Position numbers and translations under genes: made by a program
Notes under the pieces: model-generated
What the model was told of the DNA's origin: nothing
The model's database searches: none
Seen by the model: only the letters and a program-made list of their open reading frames with translations
Shown: positions 30,126 through 40,683 of the stretch, one piece after another
Position numbering within the stretch: position 1 is the stretch's first letter
Layout of the letters: every line of letters starts with the position of its first letter
Assembly: GCA_027036135.1 (NCBI GenBank)
Contig: JALVSY010000007.1
Location: forward strand, 1,092,880-1,156,879
Reading direction: 5' to 3'
Source: Pyrodictiaceae archaeon
GTDB lineage: Archaea; Thermoproteota; Thermoprotei_A; Sulfolobales; Pyrodictiaceae
Length of the DNA: 64,000 nucleotides

Positions 30126-30856
30126 TTATATTTTGGGCTTCCTCTCGGCGACAACGCTCAAGCTCGTACTCCTTCTCCCCCTGGAGCCTGCCCAGCTCCT
30201 CCCGGAGCCGGTGAAGCCCGTAGAGAAGCACCAATATACCCACAAGTGCTAGTAGGCCTCCTCCCCTTTACCTGGAATACTTGTAGGGCGTAGCCGATAA
30301 TCCAGATAACTAGCCCTATCTTGAGCACGTCTCCACCATACGGGGGATACGCGTCTCCCAGTCTCCAGAGAGCTATGAGGACCATGATGCCGCCTATTAG
30401 CGAGATAAGCGAGACAAGAACAATGTACACTAGTAGTCTGATAAAGGCCGAGGAGACCTCCTCTGCGCTTGCTCCCTTAAGGACGTTAGCTAAGTGGTTG
30501 CCTGCGCCTATGAGCACTATGCCGCTAAGAATGTTTCCAATGCCCTGGATGATTGTACCGGTTACGCCGATGCCGTAGTCCTGGCTAGCCATTGCTAGTA
30601 ACCTGAATCCCTTATACATTATTGGCACCACTATAGCCGCTATAATGAGGTCAATTATTCCTGTACCGATAAGGAGGGTTGCTACAGCGCTGCTTGGCCC
30701 ACTACTAGCTGCGGAAAGAGTAGCAGCGACTAGGAATGGTATTGAAATGAATCCGAGAATGAGCGAGACGAGATAGGCCTTAAACAAGTAATTGGTGCCC
30801 TCTCTTTCCATACTTACCCTCTTAAGCTCCTCTTCTATGTATTTGCAGTGAGGCAT
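30117..30856 (-). pseudogene. DUF973-like membrane protein with a +1 frameshift near the 3' end (G run 30263-30266)
   Basis: Several TM helices; the shifted frame restores a final TM, GGGLLALVGILVLLYGL. Confidence 0.6.
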
Positions 30857-30959
30857 TGTGTAGACCTCCTAGAGAATATATACAATGTTAACATATATAA
30901 GTATCGTCCTACCCATAAATACTAATTTGTTACGAGCAAAAGGAGACAGGTAAAGGGCC

Positions 30960-31319
30960 TTAGTCCTCCTCGTATAGTACTATCCAGTATTTTGAGGCAC
31001 CTCTTAGTACAATACTTTTCCTTAGCCTGTCTCTAAGCTCTCGTGGCGTAAGCGCTACGGAGTTCGCATCAATGTCTTTGTCCCATAGCCTGTAGAGCAG
31101 TGATAACCTCTCTGTGTAGTTTACTCCTTCCCAGTCACTAGATACTATTACCAAGTCTAGGTCACTGCTTGAGGAGAAATCGCCTCTCGCATAGCTACCG
31201 AAAAGCGTCACAGCATCAACTCTTATCCCATGCTCCCCGAGCTCCAGCACTAGCTCCTTAGCCCATTCACGGGCTTTGGCCAAGAATTCTCTCCAACGTT
31301 TCTCGCGCAGCCTTAACAA
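30960..31319 (-). CDS. MNT minimal nucleotidyltransferase
   Basis: LFGSYARGDF..SDLDLVIVS. Confidence 0.85.
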   Translation of the reverse strand: MLRLREKRWREFLAKAREWAKELVLELGEHGIRVDAVTLFGSYARGDFSSSSDLDLVIVSSDWEGVNYTERLSLLYRLWDKDIDANSVALTPRELRDRLRKSIVLRGASKYWIVLYEED

Positions 31320-31682
31320 CTCTCTCAGCGATAGCCACTGCTCTTCTCGCTGTTCTCTCGCTAATCACTTCATCGTGTACTCCCTCTACTATGTCTAGTA
31401 CCTCGGGAGGTAATAGAACTGTGTAAGCTCATAGGCTTCCTCGAGCTCCTCATCGCTTAGGCCAAGGTTGCTTCCAAGTTCCTGGAAGAGCCTCCTAATG
31501 CTCCGGGTCTCTGGGAAATCACCCTTCGTTGCGAGAAGCACTGCTTTAAGCGCCTTCTCGGCGGCTTGCTGGGACCAAAACGTCGCAGCCCCTTTGTCTC
31601 CCTCTTCTAGGCTACTCTTAGCCCTCTTTAGGTCTCGTTCAGCGACACCTAGCCACCATAGTGCCTGCTCCCTTATCTTCAA
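31267..31682 (-). pseudogene. HEPN domain protein, -1 frameshift at ~31397
   Basis: SQQAAEKALKA; RY(P)D motif broken; shifted frame continues DIVEGV..ARRAVAIAERVV. Confidence 0.78.
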
Positions 31683-31834
31683 CGAGGCTACACCAGGCCA
31701 TCAGAGAGTACAGCCAGGGACCTTCTCTGAGCCCGTAAAGCTGGTATAGAGATACTTTGTATGCATCCTTACCCCTTTATGGCAAGAAGTAATTAGCTGG
31801 TATCAGTGTACCCACAATGTGCTTGGTGGAATAA

Positions 31835-32263
31835 GTGGAGAGTCGGGAAAAGGGTAAGAGGAGACCAATGTTCGCTACTGGCGAGGTGGTCGGGGACTAT
31901 GAGCCCCTCTACCTTTACTGGGAGGAGGCTGGTCAGCGGGCGGCTGAGAGCGTGCTAACTACAGAGGACTTCGAGGAGCTGCGCAGAATAGTTGTTGGCG
32001 AGGGTGTTAGGAGGCTAGACGAGCTACTTGAGAGGCTTAAGCCACTCTTCCGTGGCCGCGTAGACCCCGAGGCTGCCCGGCGAGCCATGAAGAGGTACTA
32101 TGGCGTAGACATTGATACCGAGACAGCGGTGGATCGTATTCTCGAGATACTTGCGGGCTGGCTCGTCGAGGCTGCTAGTGAGTGGCACATGCTAGCTCTG
32201 CGCCCAGGGTGGCGCCGGAGAGAGGACGAGGAGGAACAGGGAGAAGCGGAGAAACGTAACTAG
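31835..32263 (+). CDS. hypothetical protein
   Basis: 142-aa ORF with typical codon usage; no motif recognised. Confidence 0.6.
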   Translation: MESREKGKRRPMFATGEVVGDYEPLYLYWEEAGQRAAESVLTTEDFEELRRIVVGEGVRRLDELLERLKPLFRGRVDPEAARRAMKRYYGVDIDTETAVDRILEILAGWLVEAASEWHMLALRPGWRRREDEEEQGEAEKRN

Positions 32264-33456
32264 AGGGCATGCTTCTCCGCGAGGGTCTTCTCAACGCTGC
32301 TTATGAGCCTCTTTATAGGGGCTGGCAGCCCCGGTATATCTACGTGGATGAAGCCTCTTAGCAGGATAGCTCTAGCCTGTTCCTCGTCGAGTCCCCGGGC
32401 CATTAGGTAGGCTAGTTCATCCTCGTTGAGCTTTCCTATGGCCGCTTCGTGGCTTAGCTCAGCGCCCCGGGCATAGGAGCGTAGCACCGGCACCGTCTCG
32501 ACAACGGCTCGGTCTCCTAGTGGTAGTGCTTGGCACTCTATGTGCCCCCTTGTCCTAGGCGCCCAGGCCTCTATAGCTACGCGGTTAACAGCCTTGGAGT
32601 CCTCTTTGCCTATTATCCTAGAGACTAGTTCTGCGCTGCTCTCCTCGCCTAGGAGGAGCGCTCTCGTGTCAAGAGTATAGTTGGTCTCCTCCTCGGCTAG
32701 TATGACTGAGGCCGAGTATAGCCTTGAGCCCTTCTCCTGCCTTGCAACGACCCTTGACTCTAGGATCCCTACGCCGCCATAGGACATGTAGTACTCGGTA
32801 TATCTCGCTCCCTCTTCTAGGATTATCGCGGTTCGCGGCCTTACCTCGCTACCCCTGGTCCAGCTATGGATCATGACATAGTTCAGCGAGGCCCGCTTGC
32901 CGAGGTAGGTCTCGGTTGCGCCTATGTGGGCAACCCTGCCAGCGCCGTGGCTCGCGCCACAGCCCGTAATAATAGTGGCCTCTGCGCCATCGCCGAGGAC
33001 GATTATGTTGTGGAGGAGCTGTGTCTCACCACTAGCTGTCACTAATAGGCACACATAGATTGGCTGAGGAACCTTTACTCCGGGTGGCACGTAGACTAGG
33101 TAGCCCTTCCCCTCCCCATAGACCTCGACGAGAGCCGTATAGACATCGTTGTCGACGGGTAGTGCCCTCCAATAGTATTCTTGGAGCCAGCTATGCTTCT
33201 CCAATGCCTCCCCGAGAGGCGCAACTATTACCCCTAGGTCTCTGAGGCGGCGCTCCATGAGGGTCTTCACTATCTCCTCGTTAACTTGTACATAGCTTGC
33301 CTGGTTCAGGGCGCTATCGAGTCCAAGTCTCTTAGCAGCCTCTACTGCTTTCTCATCGAAGCCTCTGAGAACCTTACTCACGCTAGTAATTCCGCGTGAT
33401 CGGAGCAGCCTAAGCGCCCTCTCTCGAGCCTCCGCAGAGAACACCTTGGCTACCAC
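32260..33456 (-). CDS. sufB: SufB/SufD-family Fe-S cluster scaffold
   Basis: ITGC, MIHSW, VRPRT, GHIEC, LSHEAAIGK, YLMARG motifs. Confidence 0.9.
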   Translation of the reverse strand: MVAKVFSAEARERALRLLRSRGITSVSKVLRGFDEKAVEAAKRLGLDSALNQASYVQVNEEIVKTLMERRLRDLGVIVAPLGEALEKHSWLQEYYWRALPVDNDVYTALVEVYGEGKGYLVYVPPGVKVPQPIYVCLLVTASGETQLLHNIIVLGDGAEATIITGCGASHGAGRVAHIGATETYLGKRASLNYVMIHSWTRGSEVRPRTAIILEEGARYTEYYMSYGGVGILESRVVARQEKGSRLYSASVILAEEETNYTLDTRALLLGEESSAELVSRIIGKEDSKAVNRVAIEAWAPRTRGHIECQALPLGDRAVVETVPVLRSYARGAELSHEAAIGKLNEDELAYLMARGLDEEQARAILLRGFIHVDIPGLPAPIKRLISSVEKTLAEKHAL

Positions 33457-33459
33457 GGC

Positions 33460-34182
33460 CTATGCACCCCCGGCTGCCCCCCTCAGCCCTCTCTCCTCTA
33501 GGAGCTGGAGCACGCGACGAGGCTCACCACTAAGTCTTATAACCCCGTCAATCATTACGTTAATCCCCGAGACAATACCTCTCCCAACAAGCTCCTCGAG
33601 GAAATGAGTAGTATGAGTAACTAGGAGAACACCTATCCCTCTCCGAACAGACTCCTCCACGACATCAGCTATAAGCCCCAACGAGTCAATATCAACACCG
33701 CTATCAGGCTCATCGAGAAGCATCACGCGGGGCCGCTGAGCAAGCACAAGGAGAAGCTCGACACGCTTCCTCTCACCACCACTCAGAGAGCCAAGAGGCT
33801 TGTCTAGGAGATCCTCTACTCCGAGAAGCCTAGCATAGCGACGGAGATCCCTCCAAGGCCCATGGATCTTCTCCAACGCCTCCAGTATACACCTTGCTGT
33901 AACACCCCTCATCCGTGGAGGAGTCTGGAACCCTAGCCCAAGCCCACGCCTAGCCCTCTCATAGAGAGTCAAATCATTGAGCCGCTGGCCATCCAGTAGC
34001 ACCTCTCCCTTCACCACGCGGTAGCCTGGCAAACCCATAAGGGCGGAGAGCAAAGAGGACTTACCAGCCCCATTAGGCCCCATCAATACTTGTAGCTCAC
34101 TGCTCTCAACCCGGAGCGAGACACCACGCACCACAGGCCTCCCAGAGGCCTCAACAAATACGTTGCGAAGCTCAAGCACCAT
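33460..34182 (-). CDS. sufC: SufC Fe-S assembly ATPase
   Basis: MGPNGAGKS, SGGERKR, LDEPDSGVD; upstream of sufB. Confidence 0.9.
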   Translation of the reverse strand: MVLELRNVFVEASGRPVVRGVSLRVESSELQVLMGPNGAGKSSLLSALMGLPGYRVVKGEVLLDGQRLNDLTLYERARRGLGLGFQTPPRMRGVTARCILEALEKIHGPWRDLRRYARLLGVEDLLDKPLGSLSGGERKRVELLLVLAQRPRVMLLDEPDSGVDIDSLGLIADVVEESVRRGIGVLLVTHTTHFLEELVGRGIVSGINVMIDGVIRLSGEPRRVLQLLEERGLRGAAGGA

Positions 34183-34332
34183 ACCAATTATACCCAGTTA
34201 TTGTAACGAGTGAAAACAACACAATATAAGCCTTAACCCAGTCAGAGACAAAGGGTGCGGCAAAATACCTCCTCTATGACTCGTCAATGGTTCGCGTTAT
34301 GCTTAGATAGGAATATTACGCATATATTATAT

Positions 34333-34782
34333 CTATCTAGTGGGTTGCCTGGTGCCTGGCACCATGGTTAGCCAAGGCACCCTATCGAAGTCCTTATCAA
34401 ATGTAGCTATATGCGATACTCCATGATGTCTACACGTTATCGCTATGAGGGCATCATTGGGCATTAAGCTGTAGCTCGTCATAGTATTCACTAGTTCTTG
34501 GGGCGTAGCCCTAATAGGCAAGTTCTCAAATAGTTCTAGTAGTCCAAGAACCCTTGGCAAATAACCGAGAAGCTCGGGATCACTTTTAGAAAGTCGGTCG
34601 CGTATCCTTCCTGCTGACACACCTGTAGCGAGGCGGAGAAATCCAATCATGGTCTCGCTAGCGACAATAGGATTTATGAAACCCTCCCACTCGCCTCTTA
34701 CAATCTTCACAATTATATCCCTTGCTAATGAATCGCCGCCGAGATGAGCTATTAGCACGCTAGAGTCAAGGCATATCTTCAT
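34333..34782 (-). CDS. vapC: VapC PIN toxin
   Basis: LDSSV, SE, PNDALI, TFDKDF acidic tetrad intact. Confidence 0.88.
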   Translation of the reverse strand: MKICLDSSVLIAHLGGDSLARDIIVKIVRGEWEGFINPIVASETMIGFLRLATGVSAGRIRDRLSKSDPELLGYLPRVLGLLELFENLPIRATPQELVNTMTSYSLMPNDALIAITCRHHGVSHIATFDKDFDRVPWLTMVPGTRQPTR

Positions 34783-35005
34783 CCTCTATCTCCTCGATGA
34801 CTCTCCATACATCCTCTCTCGTTAGACTGGGTCGTATTCTCTTAGCGAGCCCAAATGTCTCCTCAATGGCTCTGAGTTTTTCGTTCTCGGTCTCCTCTAC
34901 GATGACCTCAACGACAGCGCCTTCGCGGAGCCTTACTGGCTCAAGTGGTTTAAGGACACCTTTTTCGAAGCGGGCCCTAAGCCTTATTTTCATATTATTC
35001 CCCAC
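34766..35005 (-). CDS. AF2212-like antitoxin (VapB)
   Basis: FEKGVLKPLEPVRLREG; overlaps vapC. Confidence 0.82.
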   Translation of the reverse strand: MGNNMKIRLRARFEKGVLKPLEPVRLREGAVVEVIVEETENEKLRAIEETFGLAKRIRPSLTREDVWRVIEEIEDEDMP

Positions 35006-35457
35006 TATATAGAAGGGGCTGATACTAACTTACTATTTTCTATCCTTATCTTATGGTACGGTTTAGAATGATTAAAAACAATCTTAGCGAGTTTTGTAAG
35101 GAATATATTTTCCTTGATATAGTATAGCTCTAAAGAATTTAATAAATATATGTAAGAATGAAGCAACTGTCTATAAATTAGAGACTTAGGAGTATCATAT
35201 AGTCATAGCCTAGTCGCAGTATAAGATGTTTCACAAGTATTATATGCACTGATAATGGAGAGATTAATAATGCTAAGAGTATGGGCAAACAATTTACCAG
35301 ACGACACGCTTTCTTAATCGATAACCTCTTACATACACAATGTCTTATTTAGAGGCATACTCTTAGGTAATGGCTTAGCTACATGCACCTAAATTAGGTT
35401 GATTAGTTATGAAGTTCTCGGCGGGCTAAACCTTAATGAGACTCTTCTTCCTCATTT

Positions 35458-36079
35458 ATGGCTTGGTGCTTTGTAGCTTTGTCGCGGCTTGTACGAGAGC
35501 TGGAGAGGCCTTTGCCTAGGCCTCGGCGCGACCCATTGGGCTATGCTTCTGCCCGTGTCCTAGAGGCCTTGCTCGAGGCTGTATTGGCTCTAGAGTATCT
35601 AGAGAAAGGCTATACCCGTAATGCTGCCGGGAAGGCATTCCAGGCGTGGAGGGCACTGACTGGCGCGCTCCTGGCTCTCGAGAAGATAAAACTGGAGAAA
35701 TATGTGAGTAATGAGGAGAGAAAATGGTTAATAGAGGTCGCTATACCCAGGGTGCCTACTAGTAGGCTTAAGCCCTTATCTAGGCTAGTAGAGAGAGCTG
35801 GGGTACGAGCACTTCTCAGCTTATACCGATAAGGCTCTTGATCTCCACGATTACCAGTATCATGGCTCGGATCCTTCTGGGGAGCTGAGCAAGTACCCCG
35901 GCGAGACTGACGCAGTAGAGGACATCTTGTCTCTGCTAAGAGAGCTGCAACGCATAATCGTTACAAGGGTTAAGCCATTGCTAGAGAAGGAGAATGCCTG
36001 GACCAAGAACCATAGCGAGGCGACTAAGCAGCTAGAGAAGAGACTAACAGGGACGAATCAGAGAGGTTCTCCAGGTTAG
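35458..36079 (+). pseudogene. PaREP1-family protein, +1 frameshift at G run 35800-35803
   Basis: GYTRNAAGKAFQAWRA; shifted frame continues ALDLHDYQYHG..SKYP to TAG at 36079. Confidence 0.8.
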
Positions 36080-36507
36080 TGCTGTCTTAAATTGTCTGAA
36101 AAAGTTACATTATCTTAATAAATGCTCTATAACCAATGCTAGCGTGAAGACCCCAATAATGTTTCTTCTATTATTACACCCAGTTATACAACAAGAAACG
36201 GGGTCCTTAGTGCCTTGGTGCAGTCCTTTCTTGGAACTCCAGATGCTTACACAGTCTATAAACTCTAAGGCTTATTGTGGTCTGGTGCTTGGAGAATCTA
36301 TGGTTAATTTAAGCCTACTTATACTGTACCTAGTGTTATTGACTAACCCCTCTAGTATACGTGCTAGAATCACTGGATTGGAGGCTTAATTGAAACGCGT
36401 AGTCTTATTTTTCATCTAATTTATTTAATTCTGTTTTGTCGCTCAATTAGTGCTAGGCGTCATACTAGTCGTCCCTTTAGCGTGCTAGTTTTCCGTGAAT
36501 GATTTTC

Positions 36508-37090
36508 TCAGCTGCCTATGATACTCTGTTTCTCACGGAGTTTCTGCAGCGCTTCTTGGTGCTCCTCTGTCCACTTGCTCTGTCTCTCTAGTGCCGGTTT
36601 CACGTACTCATCAATTATCTTTGCTAGTTTGCCTAGTAGCTGTATAGTATCCCTTGCTGCCTCTCCTCGGTCAGGATATTTGCTGAACTCCCCCTGAGGG
36701 GTCTGGGCCGTGGTACTGGTAATCGTGGAGCTCAAGCGCCGTACTTGTGTAATGAGTGTAGTCTGGGTAGCCAGCTTCTTCTACAAGCCTTGCTAATGGC
36801 TTGAGCCTACCGGTAGGAACGCGAGGGATTGCTTTTTCTAGTAACCATTTTATCTGCTCCCTGTTCCTCAATTTCTTGACTATCTTGTCCCGTTCTAGTG
36901 CTAGTATTGCTGCTGTTAGTGCTCTCCATGCCTGGAATGCCTTCCCAGCTGCGTTCCTTGTGTAACCCTCTTCTAAGAACCTTAAGGCTAGCAAGGCTTC
37001 GAGCAAAGCCTCAAGAGCACGGGCAGCAGCATAACCCACTGGATCCCGCTGAGGCTTAGGCAACGGCTTCTCTAGTGCAGCGGTACTCAC
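36508..37090 (-). pseudogene. PaREP1-family protein, +1 frameshift at 36690-36694
   Basis: GYTRNAAGKAFQAWRA, LHDYQYHGPDPSG; continues EFSKYPDR in the adjacent frame. Confidence 0.8.
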
Positions 37091-37198
37091 AGTTCTATCA
37101 TACCCCTGGGATATATGGTAGGGTCTTACTTCTATAGTGTTGCTCCTCTTAGTGGGCTATGTTGATTAGTATCTAGGATAATTGGCTTTACTATCTCT

Positions 37199-38320
37199 TT
37201 ATTTGTTCTGGGCCATGTTGAGGGCTTTTTCGTAGACATCAGCAGGGTCTAGATCGAGGAGGGAGCTTGTCTCGCGCCTTACTGCTTCTATGAGTATGGT
37301 TTTGTAGATAGGGTATTGTGGTAAGTATTGTATGCCATGTCTAGCGCGTTTCGGGTAAGCAATGTTTTGCTCCACTAAGGCGTCGGCTATGAGGCTCAAC
37401 CGATGCTCTAGGAGAGGCTTAATAGGCTTCTCTAGTACCTGGAGAGCCTTCTTTATCAGTTCCCGTGGCTCCACCTCAATGCCTCTTGCCTCGAGACTAT
37501 TACGAGCCTCCGATAACGCCTGCTCAACTAGCTCTATCCAGGTGGCTATTCTCTGCCTAATAATCTCCTGGGTAGAGAGAGGGCAGAGATCAGGCAACAT
37601 TCCAGGGGTTCCACCTACTAGAGCATAGGTCTCCACGAAGCTTGGGTGACAAGCATTCTTCTCCCTGTATTCTCGGTAGAGGGCTTTGAAGTGCTCCTGA
37701 TCAAGATGCTCTACGAGGAGCCAGCTGGCAGAGTAGCCTTCTAGCAGGGCGAGAGCCTTACTCGTAGCCGCGAAGCCCTCGCTCACAGTAACCACTACCC
37801 TGGTCCTCATATCGGACTTTGAGAGGAGGCCAGCAAGGCTGCGGAGATCCTCAAGCGCCTCCTCATAACTAGCTCTAGTGTAGCCCGGGAGCTCGTGGAA
37901 CTCATCAACGAATACCAGCACGGCCTTAAGCCTAGCCAAGACATCTCTTAGGGCTTCCTCGATCCTTACCACTAGGTCGATAATACCGAGATGAGGACCA
38001 AGTGTCTCTATTAGAGCCTCCTTCATCCTCTTAGCTAGTTCTTGCCCCGTCTCAGCCACGAAGCTAACAGCCCCTATTCTCTCCCCGAGGCTACGGGTGC
38101 GCAGCCTCCTTGCATCCACGATAACAGCGGCCCCGCTCCGGTAACGCGTTCGGAGAAAGTAGCGTACTAGTTCGCTTTTACCAACGTTCCGGGGACCATA
38201 GACCACCAGGAGTTTGCGAGAAGCCGTAAGCCTTCCTAGTACCTCTAGCTCGGAGACACGGTCATAGAAGGCAGTACCGAGCAACGTCCTATAGGAATAA
38301 TCAGCATGAATAACGGGCAT
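37199..38320 (-). CDS. archaeal ATPase (Arch_ATPase/STAND-like P-loop)
   Basis: FYDRVSEL, YGPRNVGKSEL, VFVDEFH, VSEG, VGGTPG. Confidence 0.85.
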   Translation of the reverse strand: MPVIHADYSYRTLLGTAFYDRVSELEVLGRLTASRKLLVVYGPRNVGKSELVRYFLRTRYRSGAAVIVDARRLRTRSLGERIGAVSFVAETGQELAKRMKEALIETLGPHLGIIDLVVRIEEALRDVLARLKAVLVFVDEFHELPGYTRASYEEALEDLRSLAGLLSKSDMRTRVVVTVSEGFAATSKALALLEGYSASWLLVEHLDQEHFKALYREYREKNACHPSFVETYALVGGTPGMLPDLCPLSTQEIIRQRIATWIELVEQALSEARNSLEARGIEVEPRELIKKALQVLEKPIKPLLEHRLSLIADALVEQNIAYPKRARHGIQYLPQYPIYKTILIEAVRRETSSLLDLDPADVYEKALNMAQNK

Positions 38321-38575
38321 ATCCCTAATTCCCTACCTAGCTTACCTAATCATTCTTACACTATATAAGTACCGAGAAAACAACCTTGCCTCGGAGCAAG
38401 AGCAAAATTATATAGCTTCGTCTATGAATAGCTGCGCAACAGAACTCTTAAGCAATCCGCTTCTAGGCGAGCGCAATAAGTGCCAGGATACGCCTCCATT
38501 ATCGTGCTCCGTGTCATCTCATAGCCCATTTTCTTAAGCATGTATATCTCCGCGGTCTCGTGTAAGAGAAGTAAC

Positions 38576-38704
38576 TTGCCTAGAGAAATCCTAGGAGCTA
38601 TAGGGCCCAAGGATAGCGACCTCGTGGTTGTTGGGGGCTAAGGCGAGCACATAGTTTTCGAGAAGGCTCCAGATGCTTTCCTTCTCGTGGCAAGAAGGAG
38701 AAAG
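38576..38704 (+). pseudogene. AbrB/MazE-like antitoxin remnant
   Basis: Manual translation LPREILGAIGPKDSDLVVVGG*GEHIVFEKAPDAF with an internal stop. Confidence 0.5.
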
Positions 38705-38818
38705 CGGCGTCAACAAGTATCGAGAGGCTCGAAGAGGGGAAGCGAAGCTGGGTAAGAGGGGTGGGAGGCCTAGAGCCTAATGATTCCCCTTAGCCTCCCA
38801 TAGTTTATCTAGGCGCAG

Positions 38819-39330
38819 CTATTTTCGTTGTGATATAATCTTTTTGGCTATTTCTAGGAGTTCTTCTACGTACTTTGCCCGTGCCCTTACCTGGTTACTA
38901 TCCAGGCGTGCTTCGTGGAAGCCCTCTGTGTGGAGGAAGTATGCATGGTCCCAGTCGTCATAGATTCTTCCATCCACTTCCATGGCTAGTCTATTGGCGG
39001 CAAAATCTAGTAGTCTTAGGCTCCACTTATTCCTCTTCCTTGCCTCCTCTGCTTCTGGAAGCCCTAGGACCTCTGCCATTGCCTTGATAGCCTCCTCGGC
39101 TACTTTGTAGAGCTTATCGCTCGCCTGACCGTATCGTTTTCCTCAAGGAGAGAAAGTGCTTCGTGGAGAAATCTCTCGGCTAATCCGAGGTGGAGGCTGG
39201 CCTCCTCACGCGGATCTAGTCCTAGCTCTCTTGTCAGGAGCTCGATAATGCGGGTCTCTATGTCGAGTCCCCGTCTCTTAGCCTCCTCGTAGAGTCTCTT
39301 AGGAATGGTGATTTTAGAGACACCTGCTTC
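38819..39330 (-). pseudogene. PaREP1-family protein, -1 frameshift at ~39127
   Basis: IPKRLYEEA..LDPREE; adding one base restores VQASDKLYKVAEEAIKA and leads into WDHAYFLHTEGFHEA. Confidence 0.8.
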
Positions 39331-39362
39331 AATTATCCGGGGGAGAATAGAGCAGAGCAGGT

Positions 39363-40043
39363 ATGGATAAAGATAGTGTTTCATTACTCCTCTACTATCT
39401 ACTAATTGTAATTGTCTCCAGCTACGTGTCCCGGGACGGGATAAACATAATATATAATCCTGTACAGCCTATTTGCCTAGGCTTCATGGGCCTTATAGCT
39501 ATATGGTCTTGCGGTGCTGCTCTCTTGGCTCGCTCCATGCTTACTAAGTGGCTATGGGTCTACGAGCTTGTATCAATAGCTGTCTCCGCGGCTATTGGGG
39601 TAATGCTCTACTTCTCGGGTAGAACGTCCCCGGTTGAGTCAATAGCTTTTATCCGGAGCCATGGAGTGTTGGATGCTGTGCTCCATATATGGTTGAGCAA
39701 TGTCTCGTCGTTCCTTCTTGCTGCCGTGCTAGTAGTGCTCCATCCTGTGGCCGGTGTCTTTGCGGTTGCGTACACGTCTGTGTTCTTGGGCGAGTTGCTG
39801 GCCTCCTGGCTAGCCGGGTACTGTGGCACCGCCCACATAGCTTACGGGCTCGTTGAGACACAAGCCTATATACTACTATGGGTTCTCGCGGCCCGGACCT
39901 ACTACGTACAACACGCGTGCGGCTCTCTTCTCTGTAGATGGGAGGCCACAGTCAGGGAGACTAGAAGACTACTGGTCTACGTGCTACTCGTGTTCCTAGT
40001 CCTCGGAGTGATCGAGGTCTACGAGGTGAGGATCCTTGGCTAG
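39363..40043 (+). CDS. SpoIIM/DUF95-like membrane protein (probable start ~39486)
   Basis: Multiple TM helices; IWLSN and H..YG.VE..AY resemble SpoIIM motifs. Confidence 0.5.
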   Translation: MDKDSVSLLLYYLLIVIVSSYVSRDGINIIYNPVQPICLGFMGLIAIWSCGAALLARSMLTKWLWVYELVSIAVSAAIGVMLYFSGRTSPVESIAFIRSHGVLDAVLHIWLSNVSSFLLAAVLVVLHPVAGVFAVAYTSVFLGELLASWLAGYCGTAHIAYGLVETQAYILLWVLAARTYYVQHACGSLLCRWEATVRETRRLLVYVLLVFLVLGVIEVYEVRILG

Positions 40044-40539
40044 CTCGGTTAGGGTGCGCAGGCTAGTAGCTGGGCTCGGGACAGCGCTAGTAATAGCACT
40101 ATCATTCTCGACGACGGGTACCCTGCCGGTCAGCGGGCTACCCGGGCTGATCATAAGCGCGATAGGCTCGGTCACGCTCTACGTATCGGTGGCGCTGGGT
40201 GCTGCTATTCATCGCTCCTACCCGGATAGGCACGACGAGCCCAGGGACACGGGGAGACTATTCACTGAGGGGCCCTACGAGCTGTGTAGGCACCCATTCT
40301 ACCTATTCATGATACTAGTCCAGCTCTCCATACCCCTGGTACTAGTTAGCGCGCCCGGGTTAGTCCTCGCAGCGAGCTTGTTGCCGGCGTGGTTGCTCCT
40401 AGTGAGGATAGAGGAGAGGGAACTCCTAGAGTACTGGGGAGAAGCCTACAGGGAGTATATGAGGAGGACGCCAGCCCTAATACCAGACATAAGGAGGCTG
40501 ATAGGGTGGAGTAAAGTCAAGAAGCATGCCTCTTTGTAG
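40036..40539 (+). CDS. ICMT/PEMT-family membrane methyltransferase
   Basis: GPYELCRHPFY and EERELLEYWGEAYREYMRRTP. Confidence 0.85.
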   Translation: MASSVRVRRLVAGLGTALVIALSFSTTGTLPVSGLPGLIISAIGSVTLYVSVALGAAIHRSYPDRHDEPRDTGRLFTEGPYELCRHPFYLFMILVQLSIPLVLVSAPGLVLAASLLPAWLLLVRIEERELLEYWGEAYREYMRRTPALIPDIRRLIGWSKVKKHASL

Positions 40540-40683
40540 TACTATGCCTGGGTACAGATTGTGTCGTAGAACCAAGGATTATGGATTGAGTAAATCGAGT
40601 AAAGTTGTGGCCTTGGCCTAGGCAAAAACCCTGTTGGTATGGGCCCCGGGGCCAGGGGTGCAGGGGTACGGGATGCGTAGTGT

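Noticed and set aside
35010-36500. AT-rich spacers as CRISPR leader or replication origin; ORF 36144-36389
   Set aside because: No adjacent repeats, ORB-like boxes or cdc6; the ORF has no recognisable features
38422-38610. 62-aa ORF with an HETAE motif
   Set aside because: Probably a gene remnant overlapping the AbrB fragment; too short to assign
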